A stretch of DNA of 64,000 bases from Escherichia phage EC.W14-3, in sequence record PP496998.1; one strand, given 5' to 3'. A program made the position numbers and the translations under genes. Shown in pieces: positions 58,424 to 64,000 of the stretch (the stretch's first letter is position 1; each line of letters starts with the position of its first letter). The notes beneath the pieces were generated by a model. The model worked only from the letters and a program-made list of their open reading frames with translations, had not been told where the DNA came from and did not search any database.

Positions 58424-58538
58424 GGGCTAGTATGGGTGCGGCACCAGAGTTAGTGTATCCCTGTTGAGGCAAGTGCTTTTATAACAGTGGGAATTACTTT
58501 CTTAGTGAGCTTCTGGTTCGATTCCAGATAGTCCACCA
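58424..58538 (+). other. tRNA-like element with consensus T-arm, non-canonical overall
   Basis: TCTGG-TTCGATT-CCAGA T-arm plus TAGTCCACCA end; 5' acceptor partner imperfect; about 105 nt. Confidence 0.25.
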
Positions 58539-58557
58539 AATCTAATAGGAGGTAATT

Positions 58558-58857
58558 ATGAGTTGGGGTGGTGTAATATCCTTAATCTGTATCTTCCTTG
58601 TCTGTATAGCCCTTACAGGCTGCGTACAGAGTCGTCCTGATGGATGGTGTGCAGTAGCAGTGGAAGGTGTTTGTGTTTCTCGCTGGCATAAAGGTAAGAA
58701 GGTTCCTTCTGGTGAAATTGATATGCGCTGGAACGGAGCAACCTGCTCTAATGCTAACCCTTCTATCAACGAAGAGAAATCTACACCGGATAATGTTGTG
58801 ATTGATACAGCGTTGTGGTGTGGTGGCTCTGTAACAACAACCGGTAAGGAGTGGTAA
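58558..58857 (+). CDS. lipoprotein (possible superinfection-exclusion / receptor-masking protein)
   Basis: AGGAGG RBS; signal peptide with canonical lipobox LTGC (MSWGGVISLICIFLVCIALTGC); Cys-rich mature region. Confidence 0.55.
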   Translation: MSWGGVISLICIFLVCIALTGCVQSRPDGWCAVAVEGVCVSRWHKGKKVPSGEIDMRWNGATCSNANPSINEEKSTPDNVVIDTALWCGGSVTTTGKEW

Positions 58858-58858
58858 T

Positions 58859-59107
58859 ATGACAGCTCATTATTGGAATACAAAGAAGCTTCTTGAGGAG
58901 ATGGCTGGGGGTAGTAGAGTACAGCTAATCTCTATGCTTCGAATGGATGCTCGCTCTTTACGCTTTCAAGTGAAGATTGGTAACTTCAGCGATGGTCTTT
59001 ATTATACCTTGAAGGAAAGAATTAAGAAAACTCACTTCATCATGTACGGAATCAAACCGAGAACGTACGTTAACTACATGTATTGGGATACATGCTACGA
59101 TAGTTGA
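58859..59107 (+). CDS. hypothetical protein
   Basis: 82 aa ORF. Confidence 0.45.
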   Translation: MTAHYWNTKKLLEEMAGGSRVQLISMLRMDARSLRFQVKIGNFSDGLYYTLKERIKKTHFIMYGIKPRTYVNYMYWDTCYDS

Positions 59108-59114
59108 GGCTATT

Positions 59115-59336
59115 ATGAAATTAGATTCTAAACAATCACTTAAAACTGTTGAACTATCCACCCTTCCAAATGGAAGTATTTTTGGTCATGATAAACACTT
59201 CTGGATTAAAACAGACTACTTGAACGATGGGTATATCACCTGTGTCAATCTTTGGAATGGCTCAGTGGATGGCTACCGCCCTAGTGCAAAAGTAGTCCCT
59301 CAGCCTGATGCAAAAGCTATAGGTTTGGTCTACTAA
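59115..59336 (+). CDS. small protein, paralog family C
   Basis: LPNGSIFG...FWIKTD...CVNLWNG. Confidence 0.45.
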   Translation: MKLDSKQSLKTVELSTLPNGSIFGHDKHFWIKTDYLNDGYITCVNLWNGSVDGYRPSAKVVPQPDAKAIGLVY

Positions 59337-59345
59337 GGAGTTCAT

Positions 59346-59519
59346 ATGAGCTGTTATGGTGGAGGTGAAGTTTATGATGACGATGATATGGAATCTAATG
59401 GGGAATGCCCTGATTGCGGGTGTGAGACGTTTGATGGTGTATCAGTATATCCTGCCTGTAGTTACTCACCAGTGATCTGTAAAACATGTGGTGATCAGCC
59501 ATGTGACCAATCTTGTTAA
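59346..59519 (+). CDS. small Cys-rich protein (57 aa)
   Basis: AGGAG RBS; CPDCGC...CKTCGDQPCDQSC; not in track. Confidence 0.35.
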   Translation: MSCYGGGEVYDDDDMESNGECPDCGCETFDGVSVYPACSYSPVICKTCGDQPCDQSC

Positions 59520-59528
59520 GAGGTTAAT

Positions 59529-59786
59529 ATGGACGGAGAAATGGTTTCATATATAGCCATGACCTACTTGGTAGGTTGGTGGGTTGCAGTGTTGGTGGTG
59601 AAGTGGTGCTTCAAGAGAGGGAAGTTTAAAACTTTCCTACATACTCCTTGGGGGAACCCTGACGAAACTGCAATGTGGGTTGTGATCTTCTTCTGGCCTG
59701 TTATCTTATTATTCTTTATCATCTTCCCAATCCTACTACTATTTGACACTGTATTATGTAGGCTTACTAATTTTATAGTAAAGTAA
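59529..59786 (+). CDS. small membrane protein (2 TM)
   Basis: two hydrophobic segments (VGWWVAVLVV; VVIFFWPVILLFFIIFPILLLF). Confidence 0.5.
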   Translation: MDGEMVSYIAMTYLVGWWVAVLVVKWCFKRGKFKTFLHTPWGNPDETAMWVVIFFWPVILLFFIIFPILLLFDTVLCRLTNFIVK

Positions 59787-59790
59787 TATC

Positions 59791-60060
59791 GTGAAGGACT
59801 CTTACGAGAGTCCTTTGAGATAGGACTTCAGATCTCCTATCAAACTAACATTCATGTAACTAGCCCATAAGGGCGTTACCCTTTAATAACCCAGCCCACT
59901 AAGGGGGCGGGAGTTTAGTGCTGGATGAGCATAACGCTTATTCCTACAAAGGCAACCGATTGTTAGATCTTACATGCAATATTAATTAATAGGATAAGGG
60001 AGGATTCGTCCCCTCCCCCTATTTTATTGAATCTTTATCTAAGCAAGTCTTATATAAACA
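59791..60060 (+). other. hairpin-rich intergenic region
   Basis: perfect 8-bp hairpin aggactct-TACG-agagtcct, adjacent gatagga...tcctatc hairpin, further GC-rich stems; no ORF. Confidence 0.35.
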
Positions 60061-60076
60061 TTTAATCGGAGGGTAT

Positions 60077-60298
60077 ATGACAAAATGTGAAACACTTATC
60101 AAACATAGTCCGTATCCTTTCAGAAGGGTAACTCTTAGTCAGATAGAGGAAGAAGCCAAAAAGCACTACACTAATTGGGAGGATATGAACTTCCTTCAGT
60201 GGAATAGCGCTCATGGAGATCTGTCTTCAGACATGATAAGGCATTCGCATTATCTGATAATTGATGGTGTGTTAGTTAAAAGTCGACATGGGTGGTAA
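60077..60298 (+). CDS. hypothetical protein
   Basis: 73 aa; RBS GGAGGG. Confidence 0.4.
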   Translation: MTKCETLIKHSPYPFRRVTLSQIEEEAKKHYTNWEDMNFLQWNSAHGDLSSDMIRHSHYLIIDGVLVKSRHGW

Positions 60299-60611
60299 AA
60301 TGAAAGCTCGAAGAACTATATGGACTCCGATGCAGATTGAAAACCTTCGGAGACTAATCAAAGAGTACTCTGTCCAAGAGGTTGCTCAGATTATGAATGT
60401 AACGGAGAATGCAGTTAATACAGCTTGCACTAAGTTCGGTATATCAAGAGCTGTAATCCGAGTTAAGTGGTCTAAAGAAGAAGATCAGTTCCTTATCCGT
60501 AATGCTGGGTTCATGTCTATTCAGAGAATGGCTGACATGCTCGGTAGAAGTTATGCTGCTGTACAGAACAGGGCATGTATGCACCTTAACATTAGCCTCA
60601 AACTTAAATAG
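60288..60611 (+). CDS. tandem helix-turn-helix protein (putative transcriptional regulator)
   Basis: two HTH-like repeats YSVQEVAQIMNVTENAVNTA and MSIQRMADMLGRSYAAVQNRA. Confidence 0.5.
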   Translation: MGGKMKARRTIWTPMQIENLRRLIKEYSVQEVAQIMNVTENAVNTACTKFGISRAVIRVKWSKEEDQFLIRNAGFMSIQRMADMLGRSYAAVQNRACMHLNISLKLK

Positions 60612-60619
60612 GAATCAAT

Positions 60620-60865
60620 ATGAAGATCATCCCAAAGAAAAAGGATAATACGGTACGATTGGAAACGATCATTCCCGGAAACCCCTTTGTGGTACAGCAC
60701 GGAAGTGTCTCTCCTCAATATTATATGAGGGTTGAAAATGCTTCTGGTAATATCCGTATAGCCAGTGGCTGGGTTCCTGTGGTAAACCTTTCCACAGGTG
60801 TACTATCTGTTAAAGGTCTTGATGATCAGGTAGAAATGATTCGTATGTCAGTGGTTCAGGAGTAA
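60620..60865 (+). CDS. small protein, paralog family C
   Basis: IIPGNPFV...YYMRV...VVNLSTG. Confidence 0.45.
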   Translation: MKIIPKKKDNTVRLETIIPGNPFVVQHGSVSPQYYMRVENASGNIRIASGWVPVVNLSTGVLSVKGLDDQVEMIRMSVVQE

Positions 60866-60867
60866 TT

Positions 60868-61116
60868 ATGGGCACTATTCATATTAAAGTTAAGAGCAAA
60901 GAGGAAACAGTCCTCCGTGTTAAAGATCTAAATATGTCAGATGTGTTCACTCTCCAAGAGTGCCATCTTCAAAAGATTTATATGCTTACAGCTAAGAGCA
61001 GGGGCTGTCAACCTGCTGGAGCTGTTAACTTAGGCACTGGAGAACTGCGTGTCATCTCTGGTGATATGGTTGTTGGTGAGAAGTTTAGTAAGGCTGAAAT
61101 TATCTTAACTCCATAG
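60868..61116 (+). CDS. small protein, paralog family C
   Basis: LNMSDVFT...IYML...GAVNLGTG. Confidence 0.45.
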   Translation: MGTIHIKVKSKEETVLRVKDLNMSDVFTLQECHLQKIYMLTAKSRGCQPAGAVNLGTGELRVISGDMVVGEKFSKAEIILTP

Positions 61117-61124
61117 GAAAACAA

Positions 61125-61241
61125 ATGAGACGTAAAGCATATTCTTATGACGATATGATTAACCAGAAAGGCTTTGGTCAACGGCAGCCTGACGGTTCAA
61201 TTATCTGGTTCGTAAACGGACAGAAAAAGGTAGCTAAATAA
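61125..61241 (+). CDS. possible 38-aa peptide
   Basis: short ORF between paralog genes; weak evidence. Confidence 0.2.
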   Translation: MRRKAYSYDDMINQKGFGQRQPDGSIIWFVNGQKKVAK

Positions 61242-61257
61242 GCCCTCTTCTCTCCCC

Positions 61258-61283
61258 CTTTTAGTACTATGACGCCTCTCTGT
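61258..61283 (+). promoter_or_regulatory. conserved intergenic motif TTTTAGTACTATGACGCCTCTCTGT (copy 2)
   Basis: copy of 54644-54670 element; followed by hairpin GCGTAGGGAATTCCCTCTACGC. Confidence 0.35.
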
Positions 61284-61347
61284 GGGCGGCCCAATTTGCG
61301 TAGGGAATTCCCTCTACGCAGCCATGACTTTTTAAGGAATTTCCCCT

Positions 61348-61581
61348 ATGTCTAAAGTAAGCGCAATCGATGCAATCCGTCAACCGTTCCAGTTCCAATC
61401 CAAATCAACCCAAACCTTCAGTGAGCCTAAGCAAATTCGCTTGGGTGGCACAGAGAAGACTGTGTTTGATCTGGCTAAAAACAAGAGCGTTACCGTAGTT
61501 GATGGTGGCACTCTGGTTAACGTTTCCCATCGTATCCGCACTGGCAAAACTGCCAAAGATCGTGCTAAGAAAGGTGAGTGA
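61348..61581 (+). CDS. small basic protein, probably highly expressed
   Basis: 77 aa; host-optimal codons; RBS AAGGAA. Confidence 0.5.
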   Translation: MSKVSAIDAIRQPFQFQSKSTQTFSEPKQIRLGGTEKTVFDLAKNKSVTVVDGGTLVNVSHRIRTGKTAKDRAKKGE

Positions 61582-61823
61582 TGAAAATAGGGAAACCAGC
61601 TAAGGATGTTCTAGCGAAGATTGGTGATATCTCTATTGGGGAAGTTTTCTCAGCTGAGCACTTTTCAAGTTACTACATGAGAATCCCTGACACTAAAGTT
61701 GAGGGTTGCATCATCCCTGCCAACGCAGTTAACCTGAACACAGGACACCTGTCTGCATTCAAACCTGATTCACAGGTTACTGAAATCAAAGATGCCTACC
61801 TCGCCTTTGGTGGGGATAAGTAG
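61578..61823 (+). CDS. small protein, paralog family C
   Basis: ISIGEVFS...YYMRI...NAVNLNTG. Confidence 0.45.
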   Translation: MMKIGKPAKDVLAKIGDISIGEVFSAEHFSSYYMRIPDTKVEGCIIPANAVNLNTGHLSAFKPDSQVTEIKDAYLAFGGDK

Positions 61824-61826
61824 AGT

Positions 61827-61950
61827 AACATCTATAGCCTTCTTCTGAGGGCTATGTGAGTTATTCTGACTCAACTAACCTAATCTTAATATATTTCCCG
61901 TATGGGGCCGATGCTAGGGAGAGGAGTGTTCCTCAAACATCCGTCGGATA
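61827..61950 (+). repeat. conserved non-coding element, copy 2
   Basis: ATAGCC...GAGGGCTATGTGAG hairpin, GCTAGGGAGAG and AACATCCG blocks shared with 56685-56800. Confidence 0.5.
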
Positions 61951-62054
61951 GATATTTTAAGAGCAGGTTATCCACAGATATTGGGTAATATCTTTTTGGA
62001 TTTAAAGCTTGGCTCTTTTCGGAGAGTCCTTTTTTAAATTCAATGAGAGGAAAT

Positions 62055-62207
62055 ATGTCTAAATTAGATTTAAAACTGCTAGCAGCAGCGGTAGTGATTT
62101 GTGCACTAGCACTGGTAACGCAGAGAACATCTGGATTTATTCAGTGTTTCTTTTCTGGGCAATCCACTTATCAGTGGGTTATTGACGAGTGTAAACAACA
62201 GGAGTAA
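62055..62207 (+). CDS. small hydrophobic peptide (50 aa)
   Basis: RBS GAGAGG; LKLLAAAVVICALALV hydrophobic stretch; not in track. Confidence 0.35.
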   Translation: MSKLDLKLLAAAVVICALALVTQRTSGFIQCFFSGQSTYQWVIDECKQQE

Positions 62208-62209
62208 GT

Positions 62210-62572
62210 ATGAATACACGTCCCATTAAGGGCAACGTTAATATTGAAACTCTGAACAAGGTTGCATCAAATCTCGGTGGAATGTCCAACGATGAGCTTG
62301 AGCAAGAACTTGCTTGGATTGCAAATGGTATCAAAGTTGCTAAAGGTAAGATTGCTCGTGAGCAAAGCAACATGAAAGCTCACAAGTATATCATCCGTCG
62401 TGCAAACATGTTACCAGAGCGGGTTGTACATCTTGCCCGTAAAAACTACTCAGAAGCAAAGAAAGCTCTGGAAGAAGCTACTTTCCAGAAGCACCAATTT
62501 ATGAACAACTATCGAAACTTCCGAGATATTTTTTATATCCGTAAGTCGATTGAGTTGATTAAAAACCAATAG
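62210..62572 (+). CDS. hypothetical protein
   Basis: 120 aa; RBS GGAG. Confidence 0.5.
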   Translation: MNTRPIKGNVNIETLNKVASNLGGMSNDELEQELAWIANGIKVAKGKIAREQSNMKAHKYIIRRANMLPERVVHLARKNYSEAKKALEEATFQKHQFMNNYRNFRDIFYIRKSIELIKNQ

Positions 62573-62583
62573 AGGTTGGTATA

Positions 62584-63783
62584 ATGTTTCCAGTAACATT
62601 AGAAGATACTGAAGGTAATGTTTTAACGGTCAACCCTCCTTGTTATGGGTTCCTTCAGCTTCGCAACTATAACGGTGGCGTTGATGAAGACGGTGACGAA
62701 GATGATGACTACTTCGACCCTAACATGTATGAGGCAACTCATGGATGGAATATGCACGTTCGAGTATGGCATGAAGAAGCCAACGTTCGTAGCGCTGACG
62801 GAGAAGAGTTCTTGTTAAGCCGAGAGATGGGTATGTGTAAAATCAAGCATATCTGGAACTCTGGAACTCATATGAAGATGTTAGGTTTTAGACGTTGGCG
62901 TGATGAAAAGCATGTAGCTGAAGCTTTAAGTTGGTGTTCGTATGAAGATGAAGACACGCCTCCTAAGAATAACATTGAACGTTGGAACGACAAAAACCCT
63001 GAACATCGAACCACACCTCGTGCTGTACTGGAAGCTATGGAAGCATTTGTGGACAAAGACCGTCCCTCCTGTTTACGCTGGCACGATAAAGGTTTTATGG
63101 GGGTAGCAACTGAGAACATCCCTGCTGATCGTTGTCTGTTCTATTTGATGTTAGACCGAACCTTCTATTGTGAAGATGAAGAGAGTCAAGTTGAAACCTT
63201 CCTCCATAAATGGTTGGTTGAAGGCTGGACAATCCTTCAGGCTTATGTTTACTCACGAATGGTTAGCACTTACACTAACCTCTTGGGCGAAAAGAAAGCA
63301 ACTCTGGTTGGTAACGATTGGGATGCTTGTATCTTCCCAGCGTCGCTGTTTACAGTCGGCATGGCTGATAAATACGCTGAAGCATTTCAAGTTCCTTGGC
63401 GTCAACAGTCATACAGAGATGGATGCGGTCACTTCCGTGATGAAGACTTTAAGTGGATTCATTATGAGAATAACGAAACAGCAGAATTGCGAGTTAATAA
63501 CTCGATGTTCTTGCCGGTGATGCATCCTGATTTAGTAAAAGATGAGTCAGAAATACTCAAAGGTGACAACCTTCTGGTTACCTTTGCTCGTCGAGTATCT
63601 AAAGATGAAAGAACAGCTGACAGATTAGTCTACGCTTATCGCGCTGAGACTAAAGATATGTTCAATATTTATAATATTGTTCAGCGATTCAGTAGCGGAA
63701 CTCTGGACCAAAGTTCGGAGTATTCAGTGATTCCGTCCTCTGAGTGGGATGGTATTATGAGCGGATTATTTTTAGGAAAATAA
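62584..63783 (+). CDS. hypothetical protein (399 aa, acidic N-terminal region)
   Basis: long ORF with RBS GAGG; no recognisable motif. Confidence 0.55.
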   Translation: MFPVTLEDTEGNVLTVNPPCYGFLQLRNYNGGVDEDGDEDDDYFDPNMYEATHGWNMHVRVWHEEANVRSADGEEFLLSREMGMCKIKHIWNSGTHMKMLGFRRWRDEKHVAEALSWCSYEDEDTPPKNNIERWNDKNPEHRTTPRAVLEAMEAFVDKDRPSCLRWHDKGFMGVATENIPADRCLFYLMLDRTFYCEDEESQVETFLHKWLVEGWTILQAYVYSRMVSTYTNLLGEKKATLVGNDWDACIFPASLFTVGMADKYAEAFQVPWRQQSYRDGCGHFRDEDFKWIHYENNETAELRVNNSMFLPVMHPDLVKDESEILKGDNLLVTFARRVSKDERTADRLVYAYRAETKDMFNIYNIVQRFSSGTLDQSSEYSVIPSSEWDGIMSGLFLGK

Positions 63784-63793
63784 AAGGTTAGTT

Positions 63794-64000
63794 ATGTCAA
63801 TCTCCACAACGATCGTACCTCTTAATCTTCAACAGGATTTAGGGGAACAAAAGTTCTTAGGTCGTGGGTGCTTCGGTATCCACAACTACATGCAAGGCCA
63901 GTGTGTAAATGACATTAATGGTGAAGTTATCTCGGAAGAAGGGCGTTATCGTCGCTTCAACCGTGATATCAACTTGCAACTGGAGATGTTGAATTACTGG
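63794..64000 (+). CDS. hypothetical protein (3' truncated by window end)
   Basis: ATG after AAGG RBS; frame open to end of window. Confidence 0.45.
   Translation, partial: MSISTTIVPLNLQQDLGEQKFLGRGCFGIHNYMQGQCVNDINGEVISEEGRYRRFNRDINLQLEMLNYW

Noticed and set aside
61968-61976. DnaA box TTATCCACA
   Set aside because: Single occurrence with no clustered boxes or adjacent AT-rich unwinding element; likely chance.

Overview
The window reads as a contiguous segment of a virulent tailed dsDNA phage genome (enterobacterial-style Shine-Dalgarno sites and codon usage); no integrase or attachment site was seen. Layout: (1) 1-17.7 kb, plus strand, nucleotide-metabolism and replication genes (Dps-like ferritin, thioredoxin, ThyX-like, PhoH, HNH endonucleases, family A DNA polymerase, HAD and metallophosphatase phosphatases, gp2.5-like SSB, macro-domain protein, sigma-70-family sigma factor, YspA/SLOG protein, dNMP kinase-like, FEN exonuclease); (2) 17.8-47.4 kb, minus strand, the packaging/structural/lysis module (terS, terL, portal, scaffold, major capsid with Ig-like extension, tail fibers, GH24 lysozyme, tail tube-like proteins, SLT transglycosylase, large internal virion proteins); (3) 47.4-64 kb, plus strand, an accessory early region of many small ORFs, one tRNA-Arg(UCU) and long non-coding stretches. 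Main leads: four tandem consensus sigma-70 promoters each followed by a BoxA-like antitermination motif ahead of a ~0.8 kb ORF-free leader; a lambda-type G_GGA_AAG -1 frameshift site that would fuse the capsid protein to an Ig-like domain; an expanded family of at least 8 small paralogous proteins in three arrays, two ending in a shared non-coding element; a recurrent TAATGTATA promoter-like motif co-occurring with the phage sigma factor; and a cluster of nucleotide-processing enzymes that could be anti-defense. All functional calls are from motif recognition by eye; no database search was run. The gene content loosely resembles sigma-factor-encoding podophages such as phiEco32, but that is recollection, not a tested assignment.
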